Shown: piece by piece, positions 26,125 through 40,233 of the stretch | Numbering within the stretch: position 1 is the first letter of the stretch | Layout: every line of letters begins with the position of its first letter | Assembly: GCA_902594675.1 (NCBI GenBank) | Contig: CACJNE010000001.1 | Span: 81,548-145,547, forward strand | DNA from: an uncultured Pelagibacteraceae bacterium | GTDB taxonomy: Bacteria > Pseudomonadota > Alphaproteobacteria > Pelagibacterales > Pelagibacteraceae | Length of the DNA: 64,000 nt | Reading direction: 5' to 3' | Made by a program: the position numbers and the translations under genes | Notes under the pieces: generated by a model | What the model was told of the DNA's origin: nothing | Database searches by the model: none | Seen by the model: the letters and a program-made list of their open reading frames with translations, nothing else

Positions 26125-29100
26125 ATGCAGTTATCTTTTACAGAAAAAAAGAATATTAGAAAAACATTTGGTAAGTTAAAAGAAAGCTTATCAATACCAA
26201 ATCTTATTGAAGTTCAAAAAAATTCATACAAAGAGTTAACAGAATTTAAAGAAGATGTGGAAAAAAATTTGCACAAAGGTTTTCATAGAGTATTTAAAAG
26301 TATTTTCCCAATTGAAGATTTAAATGATAAAGCAACATTAGAATACGTATCTTATAAACTTGAAAAACCAAAGTTTGATGTTGATGAGTGTATAACAAGA
26401 GGTCTAACTTATTCAGCCGCATTAAAGTGTACGCTAAGACTAGTCGTTTATGAGATAGATCAAGAAAACAATACTAAAGATATTCTTTCTGCAAAAGAAC
26501 AAGAAGTCTATATGGGCGAAGTCCCAATGATGACTAACAGTGGGACATTCATTACAAATGGAGTTCAGCGTGTAGTAGTTAATCAAATGCATAGAAGCCC
26601 AGGTGTATTTTTTGACCATGATAAGGGCAAATCTCACGCTAGTGGTAAATTATTATTTAATTGTAGGGTTATTCCAAATAGAGGTTCTTGGTTAGATTTT
26701 GAATTTGATGTTAAGGATTTTTTATATTTTAGAATAGATAGAAAGAAAAAAATATTTGTATCCACTTTACTTCAGGCTTTAGGATACTCTAAATCAGATA
26801 TTGCAAACGAATTTTATGAAAAAGAAATTTTCACATTTGATCTTAAGACAAAAAAATGGAGAACAAAATTTGACCCTGAAAACTTCAGAGCAAAGAATTT
26901 TTCTGAGGAAATAATAGATGCAAAAAGTAATAAAGTATTAATTAAAGTTGGTGATCAGATTAATTTTTTAACAGCTAAAAAATTGCAGAATGATGGTTTA
27001 AAAGAAATTTTAGTCTCTAACGAGTCTTTATTTGGGAAGTTTTTACACGAGGAAATTAAAATTGGAGATGAAGTATTTAAGATAGGTACAGAACTTAATG
27101 AGACAATTATCCAAAAAATTTTAGATCAAAACATTAATGTAATCAATATCTCTAAAACCAATTCTATTTCTAAAGGTCCTTATCTACTTCAAACAATTTT
27201 TAATGATAAGAACGAAAATAAAAACGATGCAATTACAGAAATATATAAAATATTAAGACCTGGCGAACCACCCACCATAGAAATAGCAACCCAAATATTC
27301 AATAACTTATTTTTTAGCTCTGATAGATATGATTTATCTGATGTAGGTAGGGTTAAAATGAATTCCAGACTCGATCTAAGTTGTTCAGATAAAATAACTA
27401 TTTTGAGAAATGATGATATTCTAGCAATAATAAAAAAAATGCTCGATTTGAGAGATGGAAAAGATGAAGTTGACGATATTGATCATCTTGGAAACCGAAG
27501 AGTTAGATCAGTCGGAGAACTTGTTGAAAATCAAGCAAGAATTGGTGTTTATAGAATGGAGAGAGCCATAAAGGAAAAAATGACAACTCTTGACGTTGAA
27601 TCTGCAATGCCCCAAGATCTAATTAACGCAAAACCTCTTACAATTTCACTTAAAGATTTTTTTGCCACTTCTCAGTTATCTCAGTTTATGGATCAAACAA
27701 ACCCATTATCCGAAATAACTCATAAGAGGAGAGTTTCAGCTTTAGGACCTGGCGGTCTTACTAGAGAAAGAGCTGGATTTGAGGTTAGAGACGTTCACCC
27801 AACACATTATGGACGTATATGTCCTATTGAGACTCCTGAGGGCCCAAATATTGGTTTGATAAATAGTTTATCAACATATTCTAAAATAAATAAATATGGA
27901 TTTATTGAAAGTCCATACAAGAAAGTTGAAAATGGTGTTGTTCAAGACAAAATTGAATATCTCTCTGCAATGGAGGAAACAAAATTTACAATCGCTCAGG
28001 CAAATTCAGTACTAGATAAAAATGGTAAATTTACTGAAGAATTAGTTTCTAGCAGGGCAAATCTTGATTTTATTTTATCTAAACCTGAAAATATTGATTA
28101 TATCGATGTATCGCCTAAGCAACTGGTTTCAGTTGCAGCTTCATTAATACCTTTTTTAGAAAATGATGATGCAAATAGAGCTCTTATGGGATCTAATATG
28201 ATGAGACAAGCAGTTCCCCTTTTAAAGCCAGAAGCTCCTTTAGTTGGTACAGGAATAGAAAGTGATGTTGCCTTAGACTCTGGGGTAACAATAGTGGCCA
28301 GAAGAGATGGAATTGTAGATAAAATTGATGGAAAAAGAATTGTAATAAAAGCTTCAAATGAAAAAGATTATTCTCAATCTGGTGTTGACATATATAACTT
28401 GCAAAAATTTAAGAGATCAAATCAAAATACGTGTATAAACCAAAAACCCTTGGTAAGAGTTGGTGACAAAGTAAAATCTGGAGACATTATAGCTGATGGC
28501 CCATCAACAAAAACAGGTGAATTAGCATTAGGAAAGAATGTTACGGTAGCATTTATGCCTTGGCAAGGATACAATTTTGAAGACTCAATTTTAATATCAG
28601 AGAGATGTGTTACTGATGATGTTTTTACATCGATACATATTGAAGAATATGAGGTTATGGCCAGAGATACAAAACTTGGTGAAGAAGATATAACAAGAGA
28701 TATACCAAATATAAATGAAGAGGCTTTAAAAAATTTAGATGAGTCTGGTATTGTTTATATTGGAGCGGAGGTTAAGCCTGGAGATATATTGGTTGGTAAA
28801 GTTACACCAAAAGGTGATTCTGCATCAGGACCAGAGGAAAAGCTTCTAAGATCGATATTTGGAGAAAAAGCAATTGATGTAACAGACACTTCGTTAAAAA
28901 TGCCAAGCGGTAGCGGTGGAATAGTTGTTGATGTGAGAGTCTTTAATAGACATGGAATTGAAAAGGATGAGAGATCAATAACAATTGAACGTGCTGAAAT
29001 TGAGAGTGTTCAACAGGATAAAATTGTTGAGGAAGAAATTTTAGAGAGAAGTATTAAACAAAGAGCAACATCGATATTAACAAATTCAAAATTATTAAAA

Positions 29101-30207
29101 AAAATAAAAAATTATGATGCAGGACTAAATTTGAATGAGGATATGATCTTTGATCTCTCAGTATCTGATCTGTTTAAAATTTCTGTTGAAGACACAAAAA
29201 AAACAGATGCTTTATATCAATTAAGATCTCAATATGAAAACGCAAACAGAGATATACAAGAGAGATTCGAGGATAAAGTACTTAAAATAAGACAAGGTGA
29301 TGATTTATTACCAAGTGTTATGAAAATGGTAAAAGTTTTTGTTGCAATTAAAAGAAGATTAAGACCTGGAGATAAAATGTCTGGAAGACATGGAAATAAA
29401 GGTGTAGTTAGTAAAATAGTCCCAGTAGAAGACATGCCTTATAGAGAAAATGGAAAACCCGTTGATATTGTGCTTAATCCATTAGGAGTCCCTAGCAGGA
29501 TGAATGTAGGTCAAATTTTAGAAACCCATCTTGGGTGGTCATGTAAAGAGCTAGGTGAACAATTAACTGACCTAATTAATAAAAATCAAAAGAAAATTGA
29601 AAAGGAAGAAAAAATAACAAAATTCTTAAAATCAATTTATGGTGATGACGTCTATAACCAAAATATTGATAGCTTGACAAATACTGAATTTCAAGATTTG
29701 TGCCAAAATATACAAAATGGTGTGCCGATTTCTACTCCTGTATTTGATGGTGCAAAGGAGAAAGATGTAACAAAAATGTTAGATTTAGCTAAGCTTCCAA
29801 ACTCAGGACAAACAACATTATGGGATGGTAGAACAGGAGAAAAATTTGATCGACCTGTTACAGTAGGTATTATTTATATGCTAAAACTTCATCATTTAGT
29901 TGAAGATAAAATACACGCTAGGTCAACGGGACCATACAGTTTAGTTACTCAACAACCTTTAGGTGGAAAAGCACAATTAGGTGGTCAAAGATTTGGAGAG
30001 ATGGAAGTATGGGCTCTCGAAGCTTATGGAGCCTCATATACGTTACAAGAAATCCTGACGGTTAAATCAGATGATGTTGCTGGAAGAGTTAAAGTTTATG
30101 AAACTATTGTAAAAGGAGAGGAAAACTTTGAGTCAGGAATACCAGAGTCATTTAACGTATTGGTTAAAGAAATTAAATCACTAGCATTAAATGTGGAGTT
30201 AAACTAA
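26125..30207 (+). CDS. rpoB: RNA polymerase beta subunit
   Basis: [39 protein letters not shown]. Confidence 0.99.
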   Translation: MQLSFTEKKNIRKTFGKLKESLSIPNLIEVQKNSYKELTEFKEDVEKNLHKGFHRVFKSIFPIEDLNDKATLEYVSYKLEKPKFDVDECITRGLTYSAALKCTLRLVVYEIDQENNTKDILSAKEQEVYMGEVPMMTNSGTFITNGVQRVVVNQMHRSPGVFFDHDKGKSHASGKLLFNCRVIPNRGSWLDFEFDVKDFLYFRIDRKKKIFVSTLLQALGYSKSDIANEFYEKEIFTFDLKTKKWRTKFDPENFRAKNFSEEIIDAKSNKVLIKVGDQINFLTAKKLQNDGLKEILVSNESLFGKFLHEEIKIGDEVFKIGTELNETIIQKILDQNINVINISKTNSISKGPYLLQTIFNDKNENKNDAITEIYKILRPGEPPTIEIATQIFNNLFFSSDRYDLSDVGRVKMNSRLDLSCSDKITILRNDDILAIIKKMLDLRDGKDEVDDIDHLGNRRVRSVGELVENQARIGVYRMERAIKEKMTTLDVESAMPQDLINAKPLTISLKDFFATSQLSQFMDQTNPLSEITHKRRVSALGPGGLTRERAGFEVRDVHPTHYGRICPIETPEGPNIGLINSLSTYSKINKYGFIESPYKKVENGVVQDKIEYLSAMEETKFTIAQANSVLDKNGKFTEELVSSRANLDFILSKPENIDYIDVSPKQLVSVAASLIPFLENDDANRALMGSNMMRQAVPLLKPEAPLVGTGIESDVALDSGVTIVARRDGIVDKIDGKRIVIKASNEKDYSQSGVDIYNLQKFKRSNQNTCINQKPLVRVGDKVKSGDIIADGPSTKTGELALGKNVTVAFMPWQGYNFEDSILISERCVTDDVFTSIHIEEYEVMARDTKLGEEDITRDIPNINEEALKNLDESGIVYIGAEVKPGDILVGKVTPKGDSASGPEEKLLRSIFGEKAIDVTDTSLKMPSGSGGIVVDVRVFNRHGIEKDERSITIERAEIESVQQDKIVEEEILERSIKQRATSILTNSKLLKKIKNYDAGLNLNEDMIFDLSVSDLFKISVEDTKKTDALYQLRSQYENANRDIQERFEDKVLKIRQGDDLLPSVMKMVKVFVAIKRRLRPGDKMSGRHGNKGVVSKIVPVEDMPYRENGKPVDIVLNPLGVPSRMNVGQILETHLGWSCKELGEQLTDLINKNQKKIEKEEKITKFLKSIYGDDVYNQNIDSLTNTEFQDLCQNIQNGVPISTPVFDGAKEKDVTKMLDLAKLPNSGQTTLWDGRTGEKFDRPVTVGIIYMLKLHHLVEDKIHARSTGPYSLVTQQPLGGKAQLGGQRFGEMEVWALEAYGASYTLQEILTVKSDDVAGRVKVYETIVKGEENFESGIPESFNVLVKEIKSLALNVELN

Positions 30208-30210
30208 AAT

Positions 30211-33200
30211 ATGAGCAAAGAATTATCAGATCTATTTAAGTCTTCAGAAATTTCTGAAGCTCAAAATTTTAATAGCATTAAAATTACTTTAGCTAGTCCT
30301 GAAAAAATTAAATCTTGGACTTTTGGTGAAATAAAAAAACCAGAAACAATTAACTATAGAACATTCAGGCCAGAAAAAGATGGACTATTCTGTGCCAGAA
30401 TATTTGGACCTATCAAAGATTATGAATGCTTATGTGGAAAATATAAAAGGATGAAGTTCAGAGGAATTATTTGTGAAAAATGTGGAGTAGAAGTTACCAA
30501 ATCGAACGTACGAAGAGAAAGAATGGGACATATAAATCTTGCAACTCCAGTAGCACATATTTGGTTTTTAAAATCATTACCAAGTAGAATTTCCTTAGTT
30601 GTTGATATGAAACTAAAAGAAGTTGAAAGAGTTTTATACTTTGAGAATTTTATTGTTATTGAACCTGGATTAACTGGTTTAAAGAAAAATCAATTATTGG
30701 GAGAGGAGGAGTTAATTAAATACCAAGATGATTACGGTGAAGAGGCGTTTACAGCAGGCATTGGAGCAGAAGCTATATTAGAAATCTTAAAATCGATAAA
30801 TCTTGAAGAAGAAAGAGAGTCCTTAATTAAAAGCATTAAAGAGACGAAATCTAAAGTTTCAGAGGAACGTTCAATTAAAAGATTAAAATTAATTGAGTCA
30901 TTTCTAGAAACAGGAAATAAACCTGAATGGATGATATTGACTACAGTACCTGTTATACCACCTGAATTAAGACCTTTAGTTCCATTAGATGGTGGTCGAT
31001 TTGCTACATCCGATTTAAACGATTTATATAGAAGGGTAATAAACAGAAATAACAGATTAAAAAGATTAATTGATCTTAAAGCACCTGACATTATCGTAAG
31101 AAACGAAAAACGAATGCTTCAAGAGTCAGTTGATGCTCTCTTTGATAATGGTCGAAGAGGGAGAGTTATAACTGGAACCGGCAAAAGACCACTTAAATCT
31201 CTTGCAGAAATGTTAAAAGGTAAGCAAGGAAGATTTAGACAAAATCTTCTTGGAAAAAGAGTAGATTATTCAGGTCGTTCTGTGATTGTTGTTGGACCTG
31301 ATCTTAAATTACATGAGTGTGGCCTACCCAAAAAAATGGCTTTAGAGCTATTTAAACCATTTTTATATGCAAGATTAAACAAATTGGGTCTAGCTTCAAC
31401 TATAAAACAAGCAAAGAAATTGGTGGAGAGGGAAAGAAATGAAGTCTGGGATGCTTTAGAGTTAATAGTAAGAGAACATCCTGTAATATTAAATAGAGCT
31501 CCAACTCTTCATAGATTAGGAGTTCAAGCATTTGAACCAAAATTAATTGAAGGGAACGCAATAGAACTTCATCCATTAACTTGTGCAGCATTCAATGCAG
31601 ATTTTGATGGAGATCAAATGGCTGTTCACGTTCCTTTAAGTTTAGAAGCTCAGTTAGAAGCTAGAGTATTAATGATGTCTACAAATAATATTTTAAGTCC
31701 ATCAAATGGTAAACCAATTATTGTACCAAGCCAAGACATGATACTTGGTATTTATTATTTATCCCAACCACCTATTCAAAATGAGAAAGTTGACGGATAT
31801 TTTGTAAATACAACCGAAATTGAACATGCTTTAGAAATTGGTCAGATTAAGGTTCATTCTAGAATTGTATCAAGATTTGAAACAATTGATGAAAAGGGTA
31901 ATAAAAAATTTGAAAAACATATTAGCACAGCTGGAAGATTTTTATTATCAAATTTAATACCAAAAAATGTTAATAATAAATTTTCATTAGTTGATAGATT
32001 GCTTCCAAAGAAAGTAGTTTCTGAAGTAATTGATCATGTTTTTAGATTTTCTGGTCAAAAAAATACTGTTATTTTTTGTGACAAGCTTAAAGATCTTGGT
32101 TTTAAACATGCATTTAAAGCTGGTATATCCTTTGGAAAAGATGATTTAGTAATTCCAGACAATAAACAACAACTTATTGATGAAACTAAAAAATTAATAG
32201 CTGATTATGAAACTCAATATGCTGAAGGACTAATCACAAGGGGAGAAAAATATAACAAGGTGATTGATGCTTGGTCAAAATGTACTGACCGAGTTGCCTC
32301 TGAGATGATGAAAAGAATTTCAGCAACCGAAGTAACTGACGAAGGATTAAAAATTAACTCAGTATTTATGATGGCCGACAGTGGAGCAAGGGGTTCTGCT
32401 GCACAAATGAAACAATTAGCCGGCATGCGAGGTTTAATAGCTAAACCTTCTGGTGAGATTATTGAGTCTCCAATTACTTCAAATTTTAAAGAGGGATTAA
32501 CAGCTTTAGAGTATTTTAATTCCACTCATGGAGCAAGAAAAGGATTAGCAGATACTGCTCTTAAAACTGCAAGTTCGGGATATTTGACTAGAAGACTTTG
32601 TGATGTAGCTCAAGATTTAACTATTACCAAAGAGAAATGTGATAACCCTGGGTATATAAAATTAACAGAGGTTTTAGAGGGTGGAAATATTATGGTAAGT
32701 TTGTCAGAAAGAGCTTTAGGAAGGGTAACAGCTACAGATGTTAAAAATCCTTTATCTGGTGATATAATAATAAAAAAAGATCAAATGATAGATGAGGCTG
32801 GCTGTGAAAAGATAGATGCAGCAGGAGTTAAAACCTTGAACGTTTATTCAGTAATGACTTGTAGCTCAAAAGAAGGCGTTTGTGCAAAATGTTATGGAAG
32901 AGACTTATCAAGAGGAAAAATGGTACATGTGGGTGAGGCTATTGGTATGATCTCTGCTCAGTCAATAGGTGAACCAGGAACACAATTGACGATGAGAACT
33001 TTCCATGTTGGGGGAACCGCATCCGTTAAACAAGATTCACAAATTATATCTAGTTCAGATGGTATATTAAAAATCGTTAATACAAATTTACTTAAAGATT
33101 CAAAAAACAATCAAATTGTTATGGGAAGAAATACTGAAATTTCTATAGAAAATGATAATGGATTACAGGTAGCATCTTATAAAGTTCCTTATGGATCTAA

Positions 33201-34374
33201 ATTATTTTTTGAAAACGATCAAAAAATTAAAAAAGGAGCTAAAATTTGTGAATGGGACCCATACACAACTCCAGTTATTGCTGAAAAAGATGGAATAGCA
33301 AATTATGTAGATTTAATCGACGGAGTTTCAATAGCCGAAACCGTTGATGATGCTACTGGCATATCAACAAAAGCTGTTGTAGACTGGAAAACACAATCAA
33401 AAAATACCGACCTTAAACCTAGAATAACATTGAGAGATGCAAAAGGGAACATAATTAAAAAAGCTGATGACAATGAAGCTAGATATTATTTAGTTCCAGA
33501 CTCAATTCTATCAGTCAAAGATGGACAAAAAATCTTTGCTGGAGATGTTATTGCGAGACTGCCAAAAGAAACTACCAAAACAAAAGATATAACAGGAGGA
33601 TTGCCTAGAGTTGCTGAATTATTTGAAGCAAGAAAAGCTAAAGATAGTGCAATCATAGCAGAAAATGATGGAAAAGTTATTTTTGGTAAAGAAGTTAGAG
33701 GAAAACAAAGAGTAACAATTGAATCTGAAAAAGGTGAAACATCAAGCTATTTAATACCTAAAGGAAAACACATTAATTTTAATCAAGGTGAAAAAATTAA
33801 AAAAGGGGAGTACCTTTTAGACGGACAACCATTACCACATGATATATTAAGAATATTAGGTATAGAGGAATTAACAGAATATTTTGTTAATCAGGTGCAA
33901 GATGTTTATAGACTTCAAGGAGTTATTATTAATGACAAGCACATTGAGGTGATACTTAGACAGATGTTGAAAAAAATTGAAGTAAAAGAGTCAGGTGATA
34001 GTAGATTATTGCCAGGTGAAATAGTAGATAGAATTAAATTTGAAAATATGAATGATAAATTAAAAGCTGAAGGAAAAGCCCAAGCAATTGGAGAAAGAGT
34101 ACTAATGGGAATAACTAAAGCATCCTTACAAACAGAGTCCTTTATATCAGCTGCCTCATTTCAAGAAACTACCAGAGTGTTAACAGATGCAGCAATAAAA
34201 GGTAAAGTTGATAAACTTACAGGTTTAAAAGAAAATGTGATTGTTGGAAGACTTGTTCCAGCAGGAACTGGTTCAATTAAAAATGCTTGGAATAGAAAAG
34301 CAATTGATGATGATCAGAAATTCTTGTCTGAGCAAGAGTCTAATGATCCGTCTGATGCTCAAATAAATCAGTAA
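30211..34374 (+). CDS. rpoC: RNA polymerase beta' subunit
   Basis: [13 protein letters not shown]-terminal Zn finger. Confidence 0.99.
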   Translation: MSKELSDLFKSSEISEAQNFNSIKITLASPEKIKSWTFGEIKKPETINYRTFRPEKDGLFCARIFGPIKDYECLCGKYKRMKFRGIICEKCGVEVTKSNVRRERMGHINLATPVAHIWFLKSLPSRISLVVDMKLKEVERVLYFENFIVIEPGLTGLKKNQLLGEEELIKYQDDYGEEAFTAGIGAEAILEILKSINLEEERESLIKSIKETKSKVSEERSIKRLKLIESFLETGNKPEWMILTTVPVIPPELRPLVPLDGGRFATSDLNDLYRRVINRNNRLKRLIDLKAPDIIVRNEKRMLQESVDALFDNGRRGRVITGTGKRPLKSLAEMLKGKQGRFRQNLLGKRVDYSGRSVIVVGPDLKLHECGLPKKMALELFKPFLYARLNKLGLASTIKQAKKLVERERNEVWDALELIVREHPVILNRAPTLHRLGVQAFEPKLIEGNAIELHPLTCAAFNADFDGDQMAVHVPLSLEAQLEARVLMMSTNNILSPSNGKPIIVPSQDMILGIYYLSQPPIQNEKVDGYFVNTTEIEHALEIGQIKVHSRIVSRFETIDEKGNKKFEKHISTAGRFLLSNLIPKNVNNKFSLVDRLLPKKVVSEVIDHVFRFSGQKNTVIFCDKLKDLGFKHAFKAGISFGKDDLVIPDNKQQLIDETKKLIADYETQYAEGLITRGEKYNKVIDAWSKCTDRVASEMMKRISATEVTDEGLKINSVFMMADSGARGSAAQMKQLAGMRGLIAKPSGEIIESPITSNFKEGLTALEYFNSTHGARKGLADTALKTASSGYLTRRLCDVAQDLTITKEKCDNPGYIKLTEVLEGGNIMVSLSERALGRVTATDVKNPLSGDIIIKKDQMIDEAGCEKIDAAGVKTLNVYSVMTCSSKEGVCAKCYGRDLSRGKMVHVGEAIGMISAQSIGEPGTQLTMRTFHVGGTASVKQDSQIISSSDGILKIVNTNLLKDSKNNQIVMGRNTEISIENDNGLQVASYKVPYGSKLFFENDQKIKKGAKICEWDPYTTPVIAEKDGIANYVDLIDGVSIAETVDDATGISTKAVVDWKTQSKNTDLKPRITLRDAKGNIIKKADDNEARYYLVPDSILSVKDGQKIFAGDVIARLPKETTKTKDITGGLPRVAELFEARKAKDSAIIAENDGKVIFGKEVRGKQRVTIESEKGETSSYLIPKGKHINFNQGEKIKKGEYLLDGQPLPHDILRILGIEELTEYFVNQVQDVYRLQGVIINDKHIEVILRQMLKKIEVKESGDSRLLPGEIVDRIKFENMNDKLKAEGKAQAIGERVLMGITKASLQTESFISAASFQETTRVLTDAAIKGKVDKLTGLKENVIVGRLVPAGTGSIKNAWNRKAIDDDQKFLSEQESNDPSDAQINQ

Positions 34375-34402
34375 AATCAAGCAAATTTAGCTCTAATTTA
34401 GT

Positions 34403-34430
34403 TTGACAAATAAAATTTCTAATGTATTTT
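34403..34430 (+). promoter_or_regulatory. Putative sigma70 promoter of the str operon
   Basis: TTGACA (34403-34408), 16-bp spacer, TATTTT (34425-34430). Confidence 0.55.
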
Positions 34431-34531
34431 GGCCATGTTTTTGGTTGGAATGTAGTGATTAGTTCACTAAACGCTGCCATAAATAACATGTCAGTTATTT
34501 TCATCAAAAATATAAATTAATAATTTTAATT

Positions 34532-34903
34532 ATGCCGACTATAAACCAGTTAGTTAGAAAGAGTAGAAATAAACAGATAACAAGGAATAAAGTCCCTGCC
34601 TTGCAAAAACAACCTCTTAAAAGAGGTGTTTGTGTAAAAGTTTATACTACTACTCCAAAAAAACCTAACTCAGCGTTAAGAAAAGTTGCTCGTGTAAGAC
34701 TTTCAAATGGTTTTGAAGTAACGGCTTACATACCTGGAGAAGGACATAACTTGCAAGAACATTCTGTAGTTTTAATAAGAGGAGGAAGGGTAAAAGATTT
34801 ACCCGGTGTGCGTTATCATATACTCAGAGGAAATTTAGATACTCAAGGTGTAGTTAACAGAAAACAAAGAAGATCTCTTTATGGAACTAAAAAAGGTAAA
34901 TAA
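34532..34903 (+). CDS. rpsL: 30S ribosomal protein S12
   Basis: [27 protein letters not shown]. Confidence 0.99.
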   Translation: MPTINQLVRKSRNKQITRNKVPALQKQPLKRGVCVKVYTTTPKKPNSALRKVARVRLSNGFEVTAYIPGEGHNLQEHSVVLIRGGRVKDLPGVRYHILRGNLDTQGVVNRKQRRSLYGTKKGK

Positions 34904-34905
34904 AT

Positions 34906-35376
34906 ATGTCTAGAAAAAGAAAAGCACCAAAAAAAATACCAGTAATAGATCCAAAATATAAATCAACAATTATTCCAAAATTAATAAATTCAATTATGTA
35001 TGATGGAAAGAAAACAATTGCAGAAAAAATAATTTATGATGCGATCGAAAAAATAAAAACAAAATCAAAAGATGAACCATTAAATGTATTTAATGATGCA
35101 ATCAACAATATTAGACCTACAGTCGAAGTAAGATCTAGAAGGGTTGGTGGAGCAACATATCAAGTTCCAGTAGAAGTAAAATCAAAAAGATCACAAGCTT
35201 TAGCATTAAGATGGCTAGTGGATGCTTCTAGAAAACGTAAAGATAAAAATATGTCAGATAAAATTTTTAATGAAATATTTGACGCATATCAAAATAGAGG
35301 TTCTGCAATCAAAAAAAAAGAGGATACTCATAAAATGGCTGAGTCAAATAAAGCCTTTGCTCATTTTAGGTGGTAA
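34906..35376 (+). CDS. rpsG: 30S ribosomal protein S7
   Basis: [26 protein letters not shown]. Confidence 0.99.
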   Translation: MSRKRKAPKKIPVIDPKYKSTIIPKLINSIMYDGKKTIAEKIIYDAIEKIKTKSKDEPLNVFNDAINNIRPTVEVRSRRVGGATYQVPVEVKSKRSQALALRWLVDASRKRKDKNMSDKIFNEIFDAYQNRGSAIKKKEDTHKMAESNKAFAHFRW

Positions 35377-35380
35377 AATT

Positions 35381-37456
35381 ATGTCTCGTACTCACACGCT
35401 AGATAAATACAGAAATATTGGAATCATGGCTCACATAGATGCTGGAAAAACTACAACTACAGAAAGAATTCTTTATTACACAGGGAAAAGCCACAAAATA
35501 GGTGAAGTACACGACGGTGCTGCAACAATGGATTGGATGGAACAAGAACAGGAAAGAGGAATAACAATTACATCGGCAGCAACTACATGTTTTTGGAACG
35601 ATCATAGAATTAATATTATCGATACACCTGGCCATGTAGATTTTACTATTGAGGTTGAAAGATCTTTAAAAGTTCTTGACGGTGCGGTTGCAGTATTTGA
35701 TGGTGTTGCAGGAGTTGAACCACAATCCGAAACAGTTTGGAGGCAAGCTGATAAGTATAAAGTTCCACGAATTTGTTTTGTAAACAAATTGGACAGAACA
35801 GGAGCAGATTTTTTTAGATGTGTTGAAATGATTAAAGATAGACTTGGAGCAAAGCCTTTAGTAATGCAGGTTCCTATTGGAAGTGAGGCATCTCTAAAAG
35901 GAGTAGTGGACCTTATTAAAATGAAGGCTGTTGTTTGGAAAAATGAAGATCTTGGAGCAGCGTGGGAATTAACAGATATACCAGATGATTTAAAAGAAAT
36001 ATCGGAAAAATACCGACAAGAATTAGTTGAAACTGCTGTTGAGCAGGATGAAAAACTTATGGAGGACTATCTTGGTGGTAAAGAGATTTCAGAAGATAAT
36101 ATAATAAAATGTATTAGAAAAGGATGTTTAGGTTTTAACTTTGTACCAGTTCTTACAGGTTCAGCATTTAAAAATAAGGGTGTTCAACCACTACTTGACG
36201 CTGTAGTAAATTATCTTCCAAGTCCTAAGGATATTGGGTCAATAAAGGGTACAAAGCCAGGTTCTGAAGATGAAATTGAAATGAAATTCGAGGACAGTTC
36301 ACCATTTTCTGCATTAGCTTTTAAAGTTGCAAATGACCCCTTTGTTGGAAGTTTGACATTTATTAGAATTTATTCAGGGACAGTAAAATCGGGAACTGGA
36401 ATTTATAATACATCAAAAGATAAAGAGGAAAGAGTCGGAAGAATGTTATTAATGCATGCCAATTCCAGAGAGGATATTAAAGAAGCTAATGCTGGAGATA
36501 TTGTAGCTTTGGCTGGATTGAAAAATACAATTACTGGTCATACTTTAGCAAATAAAGATACACCTGTTTTACTTGAGCCTATGGAATTTCCTGACCCAGT
36601 AATTGAAATTGCAGTTGAGCCTAAAACTAAAGCTGATCAAGAAAAAATGGGTGAAGCTTTAGGTAGGTTAGCAAAAGAAGATCCTTCTTTTAGAGTCACC
36701 TCAGATGAGGAGTCAGGACAGACAATTATCAAAGGAATGGGTGAATTACATTTAGATATTATTGTAGACAGAATGAAAAGAGAGTTTAAGGTTGAGGCAA
36801 ATGTTGGAGCTCCTCAAGTTGCGTACAGAGAAACAATTCTGTCATCTGCTGAAAACGACTATACACATAAAAAACAAAGCGGAGGTGCAGGGCAATTTGC
36901 TAGAGTAAAGCTTACCGTTGAACCTTTAGAGCCAGGTAAGGGTAGAGAAATTGAGAGCAAAATCAAAGGTGGAGCAATTCCCAAAGAATTTATTCCTGGA
37001 GTAGAAAAAGGCGTTGAAACTGTTGCGGATGGTGGAATATTAGCAGGTTTTCCACTAATAGACTACAAAGTAACAATCGTAGATGGTTTGCATCATGATG
37101 TCGACTCAAGCGTTTTAGCCTTCGAATTAGCTTCTAGACAATGTTTTAAAGAAGCATGCACTAAAGCAACCTTAAAATTATTAGAGCCTATTATGAGAGT
37201 AGAAGTAGTAACACCTGAAGACTATATGGGTGATGTAATTGGTGATTTAAATAGTAGAAGAGGGCAAATAAATACTCAAGAACAACGTGGAAATGCAACT
37301 GTAATTACGGCAATGGTTCCATTGGCTAATATGTTTGGTTATATAAATAATTTAAGGTCAATGTCTCAAGGTAGAGCACAATATTCAATGTTCTTTGATC
37401 ACTATGACAAGGTGCCACAAAACGTACAAGACGAAGTAACTAAAAAAACAGGCTAA
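35381..37456 (+). CDS. fusA: Elongation factor G
   Basis: [23 protein letters not shown]. Start at ATG 35381 ([10 protein letters not shown]). Confidence 0.99.
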   Translation: MSRTHTLDKYRNIGIMAHIDAGKTTTTERILYYTGKSHKIGEVHDGAATMDWMEQEQERGITITSAATTCFWNDHRINIIDTPGHVDFTIEVERSLKVLDGAVAVFDGVAGVEPQSETVWRQADKYKVPRICFVNKLDRTGADFFRCVEMIKDRLGAKPLVMQVPIGSEASLKGVVDLIKMKAVVWKNEDLGAAWELTDIPDDLKEISEKYRQELVETAVEQDEKLMEDYLGGKEISEDNIIKCIRKGCLGFNFVPVLTGSAFKNKGVQPLLDAVVNYLPSPKDIGSIKGTKPGSEDEIEMKFEDSSPFSALAFKVANDPFVGSLTFIRIYSGTVKSGTGIYNTSKDKEERVGRMLLMHANSREDIKEANAGDIVALAGLKNTITGHTLANKDTPVLLEPMEFPDPVIEIAVEPKTKADQEKMGEALGRLAKEDPSFRVTSDEESGQTIIKGMGELHLDIIVDRMKREFKVEANVGAPQVAYRETILSSAENDYTHKKQSGGAGQFARVKLTVEPLEPGKGREIESKIKGGAIPKEFIPGVEKGVETVADGGILAGFPLIDYKVTIVDGLHHDVDSSVLAFELASRQCFKEACTKATLKLLEPIMRVEVVTPEDYMGDVIGDLNSRRGQINTQEQRGNATVITAMVPLANMFGYINNLRSMSQGRAQYSMFFDHYDKVPQNVQDEVTKKTG

Positions 37457-37458
37457 AT

Positions 37459-37767
37459 ATGGAAAAGCAAAATATTAGAATTAAACTTAGAGCATACGAC
37501 AATAAAGTATTAGATCAATCAACTGAGGAAATAGTTAATACAGTAAAAAGAACGGGAGCAAACATTAAGGGGCCAATTCCACTACCAACTAAAAAGGAAA
37601 GATATACAGTATTAAGATCACCACACATAGACAAAAAAAGTAGAGAGCAATTTGAGACAAGAACTCACAAAAGATTAATAGATATAATAGAACCAACACC
37701 AGCTACAGTAGAAGCTTTAATGAAATTAGACTTGGCGTCTGGAGTTGATGTGGAAATTAAAATATAA
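37459..37767 (+). CDS. rpsJ: 30S ribosomal protein S10
   Basis: [24 protein letters not shown]. Confidence 0.98.
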   Translation: MEKQNIRIKLRAYDNKVLDQSTEEIVNTVKRTGANIKGPIPLPTKKERYTVLRSPHIDKKSREQFETRTHKRLIDIIEPTPATVEALMKLDLASGVDVEIKI

Positions 37768-38474
37768 TGACTGAAATTGGATTAATTGGAAAAAAAATTG
37801 GAATGACTAGAGAATTTTATAATTCTGGTCTTTCTATCCCTGTAACAGTTTTAAAAGTTGAAAAAGGTAGAATAATCCAATTAATAGATAAGGAAAGAAG
37901 AGGATATAGCGCTGTTCAAATTGGATTTGGAAAAATCAAAAATTCAAAGCTATCAAAATCTATGAAGGGATACTTCTCAAAAAAGAATACTGAATCAAAA
38001 AAAATATTAAAAGAATTTAGAGTTAAAAATTTAGATCAATATAAAGAGGGAAATGAATTTGGTATTGAAATTTTTAAAGATATAAAATTTTTAGACGTCA
38101 GATCTAAAACCATTGGTAAAGGATTTGCTGGAGCAATGAAAAGACACAACTTTGGTGGATTAAGAGCCTCACATGGTGTTTCAATTTCACACAGAGCTCA
38201 TGGTTCCACTGGTCAAAATCAAGATCCAGGAAAAGTTTTTAAAGGAAAAAAAATGGCTGGTCATATGGGTAGCAAAATGAGATCAATGCAAAATCTTGAA
38301 ATAATAAAAACTGATCTTGAAAATGAACTTATTTATTTAAAAGGCTCAATACCTGGTTCAAAGAATTCAGAAGTATTGTTAAAAAAATCTGTAAAAAATA
38401 TAAATAAAACAACTATTTTAGAAAAAATTGAAACTTTAGAAAAATCAAAAAAAATAAAAGATAAAAAAAAGTAA
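37767..38474 (+). CDS. rplC: 50S ribosomal protein L3
   Basis: GKKIGMT, GKGFAG, PGKVFKGKKMAGHMG. Confidence 0.98.
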   Translation: MTEIGLIGKKIGMTREFYNSGLSIPVTVLKVEKGRIIQLIDKERRGYSAVQIGFGKIKNSKLSKSMKGYFSKKNTESKKILKEFRVKNLDQYKEGNEFGIEIFKDIKFLDVRSKTIGKGFAGAMKRHNFGGLRASHGVSISHRAHGSTGQNQDPGKVFKGKKMAGHMGSKMRSMQNLEIIKTDLENELIYLKGSIPGSKNSEVLLKKSVKNINKTTILEKIETLEKSKKIKDKKK

Positions 38475-38475
38475 A

Positions 38476-39096
38476 ATGAAAATTGTTAAACTCAATATTG
38501 ATGGAAAAAAAGATACAATAGAGGTTTCTGACAAGATTGTTGGAGCAAAAATAAATAATAAGTTAGTAAGCAATGTTTTATATAAAACAAACGCTAACTA
38601 CAAAGGAAGAAAAGCAAAAACTAAACAAAAAAATGAAATAAAAGGATCTACTTCAAAAATATATGCTCAAAAAGGTACCGGAAATGCAAGGCACGCAAGT
38701 AAAAAAGCCCCAATATTTGTTGGTGGTGGTGTTGCACATGGACCTAAGGGAGAGTCAAAATACAAAAAAAGGAAACTCAATAAAAGTGAAAAAAGATTAA
38801 GTATAGCCTCATTAATTACAAAAAAAAATAATTTGAATGACTTGATAATTTTAAACGATTTTCAAAAAGAAATACTAAAAACCAAAGAAATGAATAATAT
38901 TTTAATAAAATTTGAGGCAAAAAACTCAATTATAATAGCCGACAAAATATCAAGAAATAATATTTTAAAATCAGTAAGAAATATACCAAATGTTAAAATA
39001 ACTGACGTTAACCATTTCAGTGCTTATGATTTAGCAAAATTTAAAAAAATAATATTTACTGAAACTTCAATTAAAGAGTTAGAGAAAAGGTACTAA
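38476..39096 (+). CDS. rplD: 50S ribosomal protein L4
   Basis: QKGTGNARHAS, GGGVAHGPK. Confidence 0.97.
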   Translation: MKIVKLNIDGKKDTIEVSDKIVGAKINNKLVSNVLYKTNANYKGRKAKTKQKNEIKGSTSKIYAQKGTGNARHASKKAPIFVGGGVAHGPKGESKYKKRKLNKSEKRLSIASLITKKNNLNDLIILNDFQKEILKTKEMNNILIKFEAKNSIIIADKISRNNILKSVRNIPNVKITDVNHFSAYDLAKFKKIIFTETSIKELEKRY

Positions 39097-39098
39097 TT

Positions 39099-39392
39099 AT
39101 GGAAAAATTACATTTATATGATAAAATTTTATCGCCATTAGTAACAGAAAAATCTACTAATCTTTCAGAACAAAATAAAATTATTTTTAAAGTTCATTCA
39201 AAAGCTAACAAAAAAAATTTGAAAAGTAATATTGAAAAGATTTTTAAAGTAAATGTAATAAAGGTAAATATTATTAATAAAAAAACAAGATTAAAAACCA
39301 CAAGAGGAAAAAAGGTTAGAATTAAAGGATTTAAAAAAGCAATTATAACTTTAAAAAAAGGTCAAAACATAGATCTAACAACTGGAATTTAA
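39099..39392 (+). CDS. rplW: 50S ribosomal protein L23
   Basis: PLVTEKS, KKAIITL. Confidence 0.96.
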   Translation: MEKLHLYDKILSPLVTEKSTNLSEQNKIIFKVHSKANKKNLKSNIEKIFKVNVIKVNIINKKTRLKTTRGKKVRIKGFKKAIITLKKGQNIDLTTGI

Positions 39393-39396
39393 TACA

Positions 39397-40230
39397 ATGG
39401 CATTGAAAATATTTAAACCATATACTAAGTCTACAAGAGGCACTATCTTAATTAATAAAGAAGGACTATGGAAAGGCAAACCTTACAAATCCTTAACATC
39501 TCCAAACAACTCATCAAAAGGAAGAAATAACTATGGGAGAATAACATCGAGAAATCACGGTGGAGGCCATAAGCACAAATATAGACAAATTGATTTCTAC
39601 AGAAAAAAATTAGATATGAATGCAGAAGTTGAGAGAATTGAATATGATCCCAATAGATCATGTCATATAATGTTAGTTAAATTTGAAGATGGTGAGCGTT
39701 TTTACTATTTAGCACCAAAAGATATAAAAGTTGGTGACAAAATTAAAAATGGATCTGAGGCAGAGATTAAGGTTGGCAATTGTTTATCTTTAAAAGATAT
39801 CCCCGTCGGAATAGACATCCATAATGTTGAAATAAATCCTGGAGGAGGAGGAAAAATAGCTAGGTCAGCAGGAACATCAGTTTCAATTTCTGGAATTGAT
39901 GGAAATTACTCAATTATAAAAATGACTTCAGGAGAAGTAAGAAAAATTAATTCAAATGCTAAGGCAACAATAGGGGTTTTATCAAATCCTGATCAGAAAA
40001 ACATAAAAATAGGTAAAGCTGGAAGGTCAAGATGGCTTGGAATTAGACCTCACACTAGAGGTGTTGTTAAAAACCCTGTGGATCACCCCCATGGTGGAGG
40101 AGAAGGTAAATCAGCTGGTGGAAGACATCCAGTTTCTCCAACGGGTCAGTCAGCTAAGGGATTAAAGACAAGAGATAACAAAAGAACAGATAAGTTTATT
40201 ATAAGAAGAAGAAAGAAAAAGAGAGCGTAA
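39397..40230 (+). CDS. rplB: 50S ribosomal protein L2
   Basis: IEYDPNRS, NPVDHPHGGGEG. Confidence 0.99.
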   Translation: MALKIFKPYTKSTRGTILINKEGLWKGKPYKSLTSPNNSSKGRNNYGRITSRNHGGGHKHKYRQIDFYRKKLDMNAEVERIEYDPNRSCHIMLVKFEDGERFYYLAPKDIKVGDKIKNGSEAEIKVGNCLSLKDIPVGIDIHNVEINPGGGGKIARSAGTSVSISGIDGNYSIIKMTSGEVRKINSNAKATIGVLSNPDQKNIKIGKAGRSRWLGIRPHTRGVVKNPVDHPHGGGEGKSAGGRHPVSPTGQSAKGLKTRDNKRTDKFIIRRRKKKRA

Positions 40231-40233
40231 AAT

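Noticed and set aside
35222-35380. N-terminal extension of EF-G in the ORF track
   Set aside because: Overlaps rpsG; the conserved EF-G start is ATG 35381.
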